Source: a virus
Lineage: Duplodnaviria; Heunggongvirae; Uroviricota; Caudoviricetes
DNA length: 64,000 nt
IMG/VR virus record: IMGVR_UViG_3300037071_003200
Location: 1-64,000 of that record
Strand: one strand, 5' to 3'
Shown here: positions 8,062 through 16,734 of the stretch, in pieces
Layout: every line of letters starts with the position of its first letter
Position numbering within the stretch: position 1 is the stretch's first letter
Made by a program: the position numbers and the translations under genes
The notes under the pieces: generated by a model
The model's input: the letters and a program-made list of their open reading frames with translations, nothing else
Databases searched by the model: none
What the model was told of the DNA's origin: nothing

Positions 8062-8534
8062 CCATAAGCCGAGTGTGGCCTCTCTTCTCCGTCTCGATCG
8101 AGCGAGAAGACATCGCGGTTGGCGTGATGCACTCGGTCAAGGTCCCCGACGAGAAATGGACGTTCGTCGACAAGGCCGGGCACGGGCACTTCTGGAGGCT
8201 CTATTCCAAGAAGCCCTCCGACATCCCCACCTGCAAGGAGGTCGTCACCGGCACGCAGTGGGTTGGCGACGAGATCGACGGCGAGATCTACGAGATCAAG
8301 GAGTGGCAGTGCAGAACGTGCGGCCAGACGATCGAGCCTGGCTATCGCCAGCAGCAGCAGCCAACTCATGTCCCTGGCCCGACCTGGGTCACGATCACGA
8401 TGGAGGGTCGCGAGTACATCGTCACTCCTGAGCAGTACGCCAAGTCGGTTGAGGCGTGGGAGAAGGCCCTGCGAAAGATCAGCGGGGGAACGCCCGACTC
8501 GATCGTCTTCAGCAAGACGGGCGAACAGAAATGA
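8058..8534 (+). CDS. Hypothetical protein with a CxxC zinc-ribbon motif
   Basis: ATG at 8058. EWQCRTCGQTIEPGY is a Cys pair. 158 aa. Confidence 0.5.
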   Translation: MTISRVWPLFSVSIEREDIAVGVMHSVKVPDEKWTFVDKAGHGHFWRLYSKKPSDIPTCKEVVTGTQWVGDEIDGEIYEIKEWQCRTCGQTIEPGYRQQQQPTHVPGPTWVTITMEGREYIVTPEQYAKSVEAWEKALRKISGGTPDSIVFSKTGEQK

Positions 8535-8761
8535 CGGCCGCCGAGAAGGCACGCCGGCTTCTCCCGGAGGGGCGCCTCATGATCAAGCAGGTCGATCCCG
8601 AGATCGGCAGCGGTCTGGTCGTTGCTGAGTGCCGAGGCGACTCCGGCGAGGTGTACTCACTCGGACATGATCCGACGAAGGACGAGTGGCGATGCACCTG
8701 TCGCGAGATGAAGGGCAACTGCTCGCACCTGCAGGCGCTCAAGCTCGTGGTGGTCGTATGA
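8531..8761 (+). CDS. SWIM-type zinc-finger protein
   Basis: WRCTCREMKGNCSHLQAL fits the CxCx(n)CxH SWIM signature. 76 aa. Confidence 0.5.
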   Translation: MTAAEKARRLLPEGRLMIKQVDPEIGSGLVVAECRGDSGEVYSLGHDPTKDEWRCTCREMKGNCSHLQALKLVVVV

Positions 8762-8858
8762 AGATCGGGCGTGGCGGGACCCACCAATGCGGTCAGTCGT
8801 TCGGCATGGCCTGCCATCGAATGACACCGTCGCGCCCGGTACATCCAAAGGAGGACCT

Positions 8859-9050
8859 ATGAGTCCAGCAGAGATCGCCGCGGCGATCAGGGAACTGAGT
8901 GCGTCCGAGCTAGTCGAGCTCGGCAGGCACTTGCACGACGATGAAGGTTGGTGGGAGACTGCGGCTGTTCCTGCCAAGCCCGCACCCGAGTCTCCCGGCG
9001 ATTCAGTCGCCCAAGGGCTTCCGGCTGACTACTGGGAGACGGCGGAATGA
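8859..9050 (+). CDS. Hypothetical acidic small protein
   Basis: ATG at 8859 with ribosome-binding site AAAGGAGGA. 63 aa. Confidence 0.4.
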   Translation: MSPAEIAAAIRELSASELVELGRHLHDDEGWWETAAVPAKPAPESPGDSVAQGLPADYWETAE

Positions 9051-9949
9051 GCAGCGCAACGAAGGATGTCGACGACCTGGTGCGAGCGATCCGGGCGACT
9101 GGCACGCACAACGTGCAGTCGAACGGCGCTCACCACAAGGTGCTCGACGGAGCGGGGCACACCGTGTACGTGCTGCCCAAGACGCCGAGCGATCGGCGCT
9201 GGCGAGAGAACGCGATCCACGAGCTGATCAAGCAGGGCGTGTTCGAGGGTGATCCGAAGAAGGCCAGGAAGGAGAAGGGTCGCTTGCGACTGACCGACCC
9301 TGACGTACAGGCGATGAAGGTTGCGGCCGTCAAGGCTCGAGCTGCGAGGCTCGCGGCCGATACGGCTGTCGTCCGTGATCGCATCCAGCCGCTGGTCACG
9401 AAGATCGGGGGCTGGGGGATGCGCGAGGGCCAGGTCACCGCGTCCGAGCTCGGCATGGTGGCGAAGCACTGGGGCCGCGATCGACCGGATGTGTGGAAGA
9501 CGGACGGTGCTGCGAAGTCGTCGGCTCAGAACAACATGAAGCACGCTGGCGGCTGCTCCCCGCAGGCCCTCGGCTTCTGGGATGCCTTCGTCACCGACTG
9601 GGAGCTCGCCGATGATCCTCGACGCTGGTACTTCGATCTCGCTCGGGAGATGAAGGGCTTGGCCCCGATCGAAACGAAGGTCATCGTTGGTGGTGCCGAG
9701 CTCACCGAGACCACAACTACTTCGGCGAAGCCGAACCTTCGACGAGCCGGAAGAGTGAGGACATACAGAATGGAGGGAGAAGAGAAGCATCCACTGGAGC
9801 CAGACATCGTTGTCGGCCATCTCGCACTCAGAGCTGTTGCTCTGATGGCCGCCGGACGAGAGACAATCGACATTGAAGAGGTGCTCGAAGTCGGCGAGCA
9901 GATTCTCGCCCTCGAGAATCGAGCACAAACGGAAGGAGAGGAAGAGTGA
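9047..9949 (+). CDS. Protein with an N-terminal HicA/YcfA-like (mRNA interferase fold) domain fused to a roughly 230-aa C-terminal region
   Basis: [30 protein letters not shown]...[10 protein letters not shown] resembles the HicA pattern G-S-H-H ... v-P-x-H ... l-k-q-a-G. 300 aa in total. Confidence 0.5.
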   Translation: MSSATKDVDDLVRAIRATGTHNVQSNGAHHKVLDGAGHTVYVLPKTPSDRRWRENAIHELIKQGVFEGDPKKARKEKGRLRLTDPDVQAMKVAAVKARAARLAADTAVVRDRIQPLVTKIGGWGMREGQVTASELGMVAKHWGRDRPDVWKTDGAAKSSAQNNMKHAGGCSPQALGFWDAFVTDWELADDPRRWYFDLAREMKGLAPIETKVIVGGAELTETTTTSAKPNLRRAGRVRTYRMEGEEKHPLEPDIVVGHLALRAVALMAAGRETIDIEEVLEVGEQILALENRAQTEGEEE

Positions 9950-10518
9950 AAACGATCATCGTTGCAGCCCTGCTCGCGATCTGCGCAGGCCTGCTCAGCG
10001 TCACGCCCGCGATCGCGGGCGGTGGTGGCTACGAGTGCCACTGCGAGAAGGGGGAGCCTGGGCCTCCCGGTCCTCCCGGCCCGAAGGGCGACAAGGGCTA
10101 CAAGGGCGACCAAGGCCCTCCCGGCCCTCCTGGGCAGGGTGAGCCAGGTCCGAAGGGTGATCCCGGTCCTGCCGGCCCTGCCGGACCGAAGGGCGATACT
10201 GGGCCCGGTGGCCCAGGCGGCCCAGGCGGCCCCGCAGGACCTTCTGGCCCGAAGGGTGACGCAGGCCCTCCCGGCCCCGCAGGGCCTCCTGGAGAGGCGG
10301 GGCCTCCCGGCCCGGCAGGGAAGGTAGGCAAGTCCGGCACCGTGAAGCTCAAGCCGACGATCATCTACCGCACGGAGCCGGGTCTGCTCAAGCGGATCAA
10401 GCTGCTGGAGATCAAGATCCGCAAGCTGGAGAAGTGGTGTCCGATGCCGCCCGCACCATGCCCGAAGGGCTACACGCGCAACCCGAGCGGTGGCTGCTCG
10501 CCACAGGGAAGCGGTTAA
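9946..10518 (+). CDS. Secreted collagen-like (Gly-Pro-Pro type) protein
   Basis: GTG start with ribosome-binding site GGAAGGAGAGG. Signal peptide [24 protein letters not shown], then about 110 aa of uninterrupted Gly-X-Y triplets ([28 protein letters not shown]...), then a coiled segment and a Cys-containing C-terminus. Confidence 0.65.
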   Translation: MKTIIVAALLAICAGLLSVTPAIAGGGGYECHCEKGEPGPPGPPGPKGDKGYKGDQGPPGPPGQGEPGPKGDPGPAGPAGPKGDTGPGGPGGPGGPAGPSGPKGDAGPPGPAGPPGEAGPPGPAGKVGKSGTVKLKPTIIYRTEPGLLKRIKLLEIKIRKLEKWCPMPPAPCPKGYTRNPSGGCSPQGSG

Positions 10519-10539
10519 CTTCGATGAACGGGAGGGAAC

Positions 10540-10719
10540 ATGCGCAAGCTGATCGTGGCGATCTTCGTCACAGCTCTGCTCGTCCCGGCAACGGCGGCGG
10601 CGCAGCACGTCAAGACCAACTCGGCCAAGCCGAACCCGATCAGGGAGTACGGCAAGTACCGTCCGAACCCCGGCCCGAAGACGTACCGCTTCGTCGGGGG
10701 AGCGCATCGGGCGCAGTAG
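10540..10719 (+). CDS. Small secreted peptide (59 aa)
   Basis: ATG with ribosome-binding site GGGAGGGA. Signal-peptide-like MRKLIVAIFVTALLVPATAAAQ. Absent from the ORF track only because it is under 60 aa. Confidence 0.35.
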   Translation: MRKLIVAIFVTALLVPATAAAQHVKTNSAKPNPIREYGKYRPNPGPKTYRFVGGAHRAQ

Positions 10720-10940
10720 ACCCCGGCATCGCCGCCGCGCTCGACGTTGTTCATCGGGCGCGGCTCGACCAGGAGTGGGAGTGCGCTCGTTCCTGATCCT
10801 CGTCTCTCCGTGGGTGGTGGTGGCCGTCCTTCTCTGGATGTACGCCACCACCCCGGCAGGGGTCGAGCGATGAGCACCGTGATCGCCATCGTCGTCATTG
10901 CCTGGATCGTCATCCTCGCCTTCAACGGCTGGGAGTTCTG

Positions 10941-11189
10941 ATGTCCGCTTCCGAGAAGCTGAAGAACGCCGCGCCGTGGGATCAGTGGCGCGAATACTGC
11001 AACTCAGACGTCCTCGACCTGATCGAGTCGGACGACATGGATCGTCTGCTCAACGCTCTCCCGCAGATCGTGGCGGTGGTCGAGGCGGCGGAGACGCTCC
11101 CAATGCTCTTCGACGTTGTGGGAGGTTCGACCATCAAGACTCTCAGCTTTGTGCCGCTGCTTGATGCTCTCGAAGAGGCGCTGTCGTGA
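10941..11189 (+). CDS. Hypothetical acidic protein
   Basis: 82-aa ORF. Confidence 0.45.
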   Translation: MSASEKLKNAAPWDQWREYCNSDVLDLIESDDMDRLLNALPQIVAVVEAAETLPMLFDVVGGSTIKTLSFVPLLDALEEALS

Positions 11190-11404
11190 GCGAACAGAAC
11201 GTGTCAAAGACGAAGAACGCCTACCGCGCCGAAGGCAAGATCATCCACGTCGGCACTCCGGGAATCTTCCACTTCCCTGCATCGGGATCGAACGAGACAC
11301 GATGCGGCTTCGACATGGCGGAGGCCCGTTCAACGGATCACCCGCTCAGTGAATACGAGCCCTGCGTCGTCTGCTTCGAGGACTGGGATCGGAGCCTGCC
11401 GTGA
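11186..11404 (+). CDS. Hypothetical protein
   Basis: 72-aa ORF with a Cys-containing C-terminus (CGF...CVVCF). Confidence 0.45.
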   Translation: MSEQNVSKTKNAYRAEGKIIHVGTPGIFHFPASGSNETRCGFDMAEARSTDHPLSEYEPCVVCFEDWDRSLP

Positions 11405-11523
11405 CCACGGAACACAAACCACAGAATGTCTGCAAGCACGACGGCTACCTGGCCTCGACCCACTCGCGGCTCAAGAGCGAACTCAAGTGCATGAAGTGCG
11501 GGAAGGTCTGGAAGTCACGGTGA
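11401..11523 (+). CDS. Small zinc-ribbon peptide (40 aa)
   Basis: GTGA overlap. CKHDG...CMKCG is a two-Cys-pair ribbon. Confidence 0.3.
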   Translation: MTTEHKPQNVCKHDGYLASTHSRLKSELKCMKCGKVWKSR

Positions 11524-11609
11524 GTTCGGTCTCTTTGGTAGGCTCGCGCCGTGAAGTCGTTCCCATAGGGCCGCGCCCCTCCGATGGACTAGCTCACAGG
11601 CTGATGCTC

Positions 11610-11682
11610 GCCAGCTAGTTCAATGGTTAGAACACCTCACCTGATGTGGAGGAAATCCTTGGTTCGATTCCAGGGGCTGGCT
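11610..11682 (+). tRNA. tRNA gene, anticodon probably GAT (Ile); the anticodon stem has a bulge or mismatches
   Basis: Acceptor stem GCCAGCT/GGCTGGC pairs over 7 bp. T-arm CTTGG-TTCGATT-CCAGG is canonical. D-stem GTTC/GAAC with loop AATGGTTA. The anticodon loop reads CCTGATG, but the anticodon stem CCTCA/TGGAGG is imperfect. No encoded CCA. Confidence 0.55.
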
Positions 11683-11689
11683 CTCTCAT

Positions 11690-11758
11690 GCGGCTGCGTA
11701 CTGGGTACCGAGTCGATTCTAAACCGGCCTCGGGCGGGTTCGATCCCCGTCAGCCGCT
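11690..11758 (+). tRNA. Non-canonical tRNA-like gene with a truncated D-arm; anticodon loop reads TTCTAAA (possible CUA amber-suppressor anticodon)
   Basis: Acceptor stem GCGGCTG/CAGCCGC is perfect. T-arm GCGGG-TTCGATC-CCCGT is canonical. Putative anticodon arm GTCGA-TTCTAAA-CCGGC has a 4-bp stem plus an A.C closing pair. The D region is only about 13 nt (GTAC-TGG-GTAC). Total length 69 nt. Confidence 0.35.
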
Positions 11759-11795
11759 CTTGATGTAGTCCTGCCGTTCATCTAACCTCGGAAGC

Positions 11796-11867
11796 CGCGG
11801 GCGACTCGGTCGGAGCAGAGGGTGCGCTCATAACGCACAGAACCGGGTTCGACTCCCGGGCCCGCTA
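11796..11867 (+). tRNA. tRNA-Met (anticodon CAT)
   Basis: Anticodon arm GTGCG-CTCATAA-CGCAC is perfect with U33. T-arm CCGGG-TTCGACT-CCCGG is perfect. Acceptor stem CGCGGGC/GCCCGCT has 6 bp plus a C1.T72 mismatch. Discriminator A. Confidence 0.7.
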
Positions 11868-11871
11868 CTCG

Positions 11872-12069
11872 ATGCGAGTGTTGCGCTTCATCCATCGCTG
11901 GTTTACGAACCAGCCGCCTGCGTCGCTCGACGCGATCGTGTCGAGCGGTCGACTGACCGATGCGGAAGCTCGGTACCTGTGGGCGCTCTGTCGGAGCGGA
12001 CGCAGGACGCCGGATTGGCTTGCCGACAAGATGGTCGGTCGCAACACCCAGGAGACGGTTCCGGGCTAA
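11872..12069 (+). CDS. Hypothetical protein
   Basis: 65-aa ORF starting 5 nt after tRNA-Met. Confidence 0.3.
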   Translation: MRVLRFIHRWFTNQPPASLDAIVSSGRLTDAEARYLWALCRSGRRTPDWLADKMVGRNTQETVPG

Positions 12070-12083
12070 GCCGGGGAGGACAC

Positions 12084-12299
12084 ATGGCGACGCCCAACCG
12101 TAACGGTGGGGCAGTCGTTCCGGTCCGCCTCACTGACATCGACATCAAGATCCGGCGCCGGCGGGGCAAGGCGCTGTACGAGGCCGCGGTCGCCGACCGC
12201 GACATCGACCTCGCCATGCGCCTCGACGCGGCGATCGAGCGTCCTTCGGATCAGGTCTACTGGCTGCCTGCGACGGCGGTGCGGAAGGCCCTGCCGTGA
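12084..12299 (+). CDS. Hypothetical protein
   Basis: ATG at 12084 with ribosome-binding site GGGGAGGA. 71 aa. Confidence 0.45.
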   Translation: MATPNRNGGAVVPVRLTDIDIKIRRRRGKALYEAAVADRDIDLAMRLDAAIERPSDQVYWLPATAVRKALP

Positions 12300-12667
12300 A
12301 GACGATCGAGCATCGACACGTCGAGCTCCCCTCGGCGAGCCTGTGCAACCCGAAGCTCACGGCAACGAAGATGGAGCACTCGTTCTGCCGCCTCGGCGAC
12401 TGGCGCTGCGCCCGGATGACGCGACACCACCTCGTCCCGGAGTCCTGGTTCCTGCGTCAGCCCATGCACCTGCGACAGATCCGAAACGCGCACGCGAACA
12501 TCATCCCGCTCTGCCGCTGGCATCACGATCTCGTGGAGTCGAAGCATCCGGTAGTCCGCTTACAGGCGCGTCGACTTCTGCGTGCCTCGCTGCTGCAGGA
12601 GGAGATCGCGTTCGCCATCCAGCTGCGCGGAAGAGACTGGATCGACTCGGAGTATCCGGTCGTCTGA
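12296..12667 (+). CDS. HNH homing-type endonuclease
   Basis: RHHLVPES...NIIPLCRWHHDLVE carries the HNH core His-His-Asn-His with Cys ligands. Sits directly upstream of the terminase genes, as is typical for HNH partners of the packaging machinery. Confidence 0.7.
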   Translation: MKTIEHRHVELPSASLCNPKLTATKMEHSFCRLGDWRCARMTRHHLVPESWFLRQPMHLRQIRNAHANIIPLCRWHHDLVESKHPVVRLQARRLLRASLLQEEIAFAIQLRGRDWIDSEYPVV

Positions 12668-12680
12668 TTACCCTTCGGGC

Positions 12681-12944
12681 ATGGATGAACACGAGGTTCG
12701 GGTCATCGTTCGCGAGGAGATCGCTTCGCTCGCAGGGAAGGCTCTACGCCGGACGCAGGACCGCAGTTACACGCGCTCGATCGAGCGGAACATGGCGATC
12801 GACGTCGCCAATGACGAGCTGGCGGAGTTCTGGGGCGAGGTGCTCTCGGAGTACGGGGACGTGATCATGGATGGCGACAAGGTCGTCGGCTGGCCGACCC
12901 CCGCCGAGTCCGTCGATATCCCCGCCGAGGCTTCCGACAAGTAG
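12681..12944 (+). CDS. Hypothetical protein
   Basis: ATG at 12681 in the frame of ORF 12582..12944. 87 aa. Confidence 0.45.
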   Translation: MDEHEVRVIVREEIASLAGKALRRTQDRSYTRSIERNMAIDVANDELAEFWGEVLSEYGDVIMDGDKVVGWPTPAESVDIPAEASDK

Positions 12945-12947
12945 CCC

Positions 12948-13463
12948 ATGAGCCAGCTCGAGGAGCGCGAAGAGCGCCAGGAGCTCGCCGTCTCAGACAT
13001 CACCGAGGCTGAGAAGGCCCAGTTCCTGCAGCTGGTCAGGCAGGGCCACGATCGCCAGGAGGCGGCGAAGATCCTCGGCTACAAGGCTCGGCCCTGGCGA
13101 GCAGTCTGTTCGCCGTCCTCGCCTCACTACGACGAGGACTTCGCGAACGCCTACGCCGAAGCGATCGGCTCGCCCGAGGCGAAGCTCTATTTCATCGAGC
13201 GCCTGCGCGAGGAGACTCTGCGGCGAGCGCTGACCGATTCCGATCGCCTCCTGGAGAAGCTCATGCTCGTTCACGACCCGGACTGGGTGCCTCTCCGGCA
13301 GAAGGATGTGAACGTGAACATCCACGCCTACATCCAGCAGCACTTCAAGGACCTGCCCACCGACCTCCTGGAGCAGCTGCTCGCAGCGCTCGACCGGGAG
13401 GCTGCCGGTGAGATCGTCGAAGGCGAGGTCAACGAGTTACCGCCCGGCGGTAATGACGACTGA
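12948..13463 (+). CDS. Putative terminase small subunit (helix-turn-helix protein)
   Basis: 171 aa directly upstream of the large terminase. FLQLVRQGHDRQEAAKILGY is a helix-turn-helix. Assigned by position and size only. Confidence 0.45.
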   Translation: MSQLEEREERQELAVSDITEAEKAQFLQLVRQGHDRQEAAKILGYKARPWRAVCSPSSPHYDEDFANAYAEAIGSPEAKLYFIERLREETLRRALTDSDRLLEKLMLVHDPDWVPLRQKDVNVNIHAYIQQHFKDLPTDLLEQLLAALDREAAGEIVEGEVNELPPGGNDD

Positions 13464-13659
13464 CTCCTACGGTGGCACGAAGATCAAACGGCCCAGGTGG
13501 GCCATCAAAGAGCTGTGGCCCTGGGATGGGCCAGACAGGCTGTCTCTGTGGGAGCGCTGGCACGCCGATCCCAAGCGCCTCGGCCTCGAGCCCGAGCCTC
13601 TTCTATGGTGGGAGACCGACGTGGTGAGAAAGGAAGAAGAGTGGCCGCTGGCAGCGTGA
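13453..13659 (+). CDS. Hypothetical small protein overlapping the putative TerS end
   Basis: ATG at 13453 in the frame of ORF 13408..13659. MTTDSYGGTKIKRPRWAIKELWPWDG..., 68 aa. Confidence 0.3.
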   Translation: MTTDSYGGTKIKRPRWAIKELWPWDGPDRLSLWERWHADPKRLGLEPEPLLWWETDVVRKEEEWPLAA

Positions 13660-15284
13660 AAGAACGCGAGGAGATGCGCCAGGCCTTGCGCCAGGAGATC
13701 GTCGATCGCAAGGTCTCGGATGAGGCCGAGCGTCTCGGCCAGTCGTTGAGTGCCTTCGTCAGGGAGGCGTGGCCGCACGTCAAGAAGCACGAGCAGTACC
13801 GGCACAACTGGCACCTCGACGCGATCAACATTCACCTGGAGGCCGTGAGCGCGGGCGAGATCCATCGCCTGCAGATCTGGGTCCCGCCGGGTTCGATGAA
13901 GTCGCTGTCGGTGTCCGTCTTCTGGCACGCCTGGGAGTGGACGACGCGGCCGTGGCTTCGCTACTGGTCGGCCTCGTACGAGACCCGCCTGGCGGGACGT
14001 CTCTCGGCGATGGCCCGCGACCTCATGCTGGAGCGCTGGTACCAGGAGCGCTGGGGCCCGCTCTTCAAGTTCAACCGCGACGCCGAGCACTACTACGGCA
14101 ACGACCAGGGCGGCACGCGCCTGGCGACGTCACCGGACTCGTCAGGAACCGGCGAGCACGGGCACCGCATCATCATCGACGACCCGATCAACGCAAAGGA
14201 CGCCGACGCCACCTCGAAGTCGACGCTTGACACCGTGAATGGGTGGTTCGATGGCACCGTCCCCTCGCGCGGTCTCGACGGAGTCCTCTCGCCTGACGGC
14301 GATATCATCGACCACGCCCGCGTCATCATCATGCAGCGCCTGCACGAGGACGACCTCGCTGCTCACGCCCTCGAGAACGATCGCGATTACGTCGTCCTGT
14401 GCATCCCGGAGCGCTACTACGCGGGCCATCCGTTCGCTTACCGCGGACAGGGCGGGCACACCTCGACTGAGGACCTCGGCTCGACGTTCGGGCCCGGAGA
14501 TCCGCGCATCGAGGACGAGCTGCTGTGGCCGGATCGCCGTTCCGAGAAGGCATCGGATGCGCTCAAGGCCCAGCTGAAGCATCGCGCCGCGGGTCAGCTC
14601 CAGCAGATGCCCGCGCCGAAGGAAGGCCAGTCGCTCCTGCGCTCGTGGTGGCGCTTCTACGATCCGAACCTCTTCAACGACGTGAAGCGCCGCCCCCGCT
14701 GCTCGATGGTCGTTCAGTCGATCGACTGCCCGCTCAAGGACAAGCAGACGAACGACATGATCTCGATCCAGGCCTGGGGCTGCAAGGGCGCCGATCGCTA
14801 CCTGATCGACATCCGCACGTCGCACATGAGTTACTCGCAGGCCAAGCGCGCCGTCATCGAGCAGGCGAGGTACGTCCGGGCGATGTACCCGAAGGCTCGC
14901 CAGAAGATCCTCATCGAGAACGGCGGCTACGGGCCCGAGCTCATCGTCGACCTGAAGCGCATCCTTACCGGCGTCGAAAAGGTCAGCCCAGCCTCGGAGG
15001 GCGACAAGGAGATCCGCGCCGACTCGGCTGCCGACGACCTGCAGGCGGGCAACGTCTGGTTGCCGGGGATCGGCGCCGGCGCCGATACGACACTGGGCCC
15101 GGCGGGCACCGTCTCCAAGGACATCAACGACTTCATCGAGTCGTGCGCGGTCTTCCCCCACGGCAAGCACGACGACGATGTCGACGCCTGGTCGCAGGCG
15201 ATGAACTGGCTGCGCTCGCAGATCATCATTCCCGGTCGCACTGGCAGTGCCTACAAGGGGATGCGCAAGCGGGTGGCGGCATGA
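13656..15284 (+). CDS. Terminase large subunit
   Basis: GTG at 13656 (GTGA overlap); an alternative ATG lies at 13674. ATPase motifs VPPGSMKS (Walker A-like) and IIIDDP (Walker B). C-terminal RNase H-like nuclease with acidic residues (ILIENGGYG, HGKHDDDVDAW). Confidence 0.85.
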   Translation: MKEREEMRQALRQEIVDRKVSDEAERLGQSLSAFVREAWPHVKKHEQYRHNWHLDAINIHLEAVSAGEIHRLQIWVPPGSMKSLSVSVFWHAWEWTTRPWLRYWSASYETRLAGRLSAMARDLMLERWYQERWGPLFKFNRDAEHYYGNDQGGTRLATSPDSSGTGEHGHRIIIDDPINAKDADATSKSTLDTVNGWFDGTVPSRGLDGVLSPDGDIIDHARVIIMQRLHEDDLAAHALENDRDYVVLCIPERYYAGHPFAYRGQGGHTSTEDLGSTFGPGDPRIEDELLWPDRRSEKASDALKAQLKHRAAGQLQQMPAPKEGQSLLRSWWRFYDPNLFNDVKRRPRCSMVVQSIDCPLKDKQTNDMISIQAWGCKGADRYLIDIRTSHMSYSQAKRAVIEQARYVRAMYPKARQKILIENGGYGPELIVDLKRILTGVEKVSPASEGDKEIRADSAADDLQAGNVWLPGIGAGADTTLGPAGTVSKDINDFIESCAVFPHGKHDDDVDAWSQAMNWLRSQIIIPGRTGSAYKGMRKRVAA

Positions 15285-15484
15285 AGTTCCTCGGCCGCGG
15301 TCTCTCGAAGTCCGATGTGGACGCGCTCGAACGGTCGATCCCGACAAACGATCCGATCGCGCAGCGCAACCCGGAGCGCCCGCTCTACTCCGGCACCCAC
15401 GAGGAGATCGAAGAGGCACTCGTGCCCTGGCTTCGGCGGCGAAGGAGAGCAGCTCGCCAACGCTCTCGTCGGTCGATCTGGTGA
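15281..15484 (+). CDS. Hypothetical small basic protein
   Basis: ATGA overlap with TerL and GTGA overlap with the next gene. 67 aa. Confidence 0.3.
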   Translation: MKFLGRGLSKSDVDALERSIPTNDPIAQRNPERPLYSGTHEEIEEALVPWLRRRRRAARQRSRRSIW

Positions 15485-16167
15485 TCGCGATCCTCGTCCC
15501 GGTCCTCGGTAGACCGCAGAACGCACAGCCACTCGTCGACTCGATTAAGCAGGCGACGACGGTTCCTCACCGCATCCTCTTCCTCTGCACGCCGTTTGAC
15601 GTCGATGAGATCAATGCCGTTCACGAGACCGGCGCCGACATCCACAACGTCCGCTGGGAAGCCGGTCCCGGTGACTGGGCGAAGAAGATCAACCAGGGCT
15701 ATCGCCTGACGGAAGAGCCCTTCATCCTTCTCGCCGCCGATGACCTTCGCTTCCACACTGGCTGGGACACCGAGGTGCTCCGCGTGGCCGAAGAGACGGG
15801 CGCTGGCGTCATCGGCACGAACGATCTCGGTAACGCGACGGTCATGCGCGGGCTCCACTCGACGCACCCCGTCGTTCGTCGCTCCTACGTGGACGAGTAC
15901 GGGACGATCGACGAGCCCGGCAAGGTCCTGCACGAGGGCTACCGCCATCAGTGGGTCGACACCGAGCTCATCGCCACGGCGCAGATGCGTCACCAGTGGG
16001 CGTTCGCGAAGGGATCGCATGTCGAGCACATGCACCCGTTCTGGAAGAAGGGAAAGATGGACGCGACGTACGAGAAGGCACTCTCAACTCCGACCGAGGA
16101 CTTCGCGCACTTCAACCAGCGCAAGCACCTGTGGTCCCGAGCAGCGATGAAAGCGAGGTCAGCATGA
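15481..16167 (+). CDS. GT-A fold glycosyltransferase (family 2-like)
   Basis: GTG at 15481 (there is no ATG in the conserved region). N-terminus VIAILVPVLGRP, a DxD-like motif AADDLRF, and a conserved C-terminal half. Confidence 0.5.
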   Translation: MIAILVPVLGRPQNAQPLVDSIKQATTVPHRILFLCTPFDVDEINAVHETGADIHNVRWEAGPGDWAKKINQGYRLTEEPFILLAADDLRFHTGWDTEVLRVAEETGAGVIGTNDLGNATVMRGLHSTHPVVRRSYVDEYGTIDEPGKVLHEGYRHQWVDTELIATAQMRHQWAFAKGSHVEHMHPFWKKGKMDATYEKALSTPTEDFAHFNQRKHLWSRAAMKARSA

Positions 16168-16493
16168 ACGACGTCAAGATCCACGTGAAGGGGATCGAGG
16201 GATCGAGCCTGGTCGAGAAGGACGGTGTTCCGGCGGCGCTCTTCGGAGCTGTGCTCGAAGTCGACGGCCACATCATCGAGACGGCCTTCAAGATCGAGGT
16301 CACCTTCGAGGAGGGCTTCGTCACGGTCACCCCTCACTTCTACCCCGGCACGTTCACCGTCGTCTCGCACGACAAGGAGTCCTGGCACGAGTTCGCGGCG
16401 AGGATGGAGCTCGAGTACAACCAGAAGAAGACCGCTCGCGATGGACTTGGCCGGGCACTCGCCCGCGTGCTCAATGAGGATGGAGATGGGTGA
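16164..16493 (+). CDS. Hypothetical protein
   Basis: ATG at 16164 (ATGA overlap). 109 aa. Confidence 0.45.
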   Translation: MNDVKIHVKGIEGSSLVEKDGVPAALFGAVLEVDGHIIETAFKIEVTFEEGFVTVTPHFYPGTFTVVSHDKESWHEFAARMELEYNQKKTARDGLGRALARVLNEDGDG

Positions 16494-16716
16494 GCTGATC
16501 GAGTTCCCGCTGCATCGTCGCTTCCAGAACGATCCACCACCCGACTCCGTGCTCGATGTCGTCGCGCAAACGGACGAGTGCAGCGAGTACATCCATGTCT
16601 TCGTCGAGGTGCCTGGTCGCTGCAAGTGCGGCGAGAACGAATGGACGGAAGACCACACTCTGGAGCCCGAGGGCATCGGCATCCACCACGTCTTCGACCC
16701 ACCGCCCGCCTCCTGA
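16486..16716 (+). CDS. Hypothetical Cys/His-containing protein
   Basis: ATG at 16486 (alternative ATG at 16480). ...GRCKCGENEWTEDH... Confidence 0.4.
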   Translation: MGELIEFPLHRRFQNDPPPDSVLDVVAQTDECSEYIHVFVEVPGRCKCGENEWTEDHTLEPEGIGIHHVFDPPPAS

Positions 16717-16734
16717 CTTCTCAGGACTGAGAAG
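16717..16734. terminator. Palindromic hairpin CTTCTCAGGACTGAGAAG immediately after a stop codon
   Basis: 8-bp perfect arms starting 1 nt after the TGA at 16714-16716. There is no U-tract. It shares its arms with palindrome 1378-1395. Confidence 0.3.

Noticed and set aside
9526-10851. 441-aa minus-strand ORF
   Set aside because: It is antisense to the HicA-like and collagen-like genes. It is an Arg/Ala-rich low-complexity translation.
11590-11880. tRNA cluster as a phage attachment site (attP) next to an integrase
   Set aside because: No integrase- or recombinase-like ORF (tyrosine or serine) lies anywhere nearby. The tRNAs are complete genes rather than 3' fragments, and three lie in tandem.
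14142-15419. 425-aa minus-strand ORF
   Set aside because: It is antisense to the large terminase gene. It has a low-complexity Arg/Ala/Gly composition.
16225-16716. 163-aa + ORF and other long overlapping frames through 15951-16716
   Set aside because: ATGA/GTGA coupling and ribosome-binding-site positions favour the shorter genes 16164..16493 and 16486..16716. The longer readings are alternate-frame low-complexity extensions.
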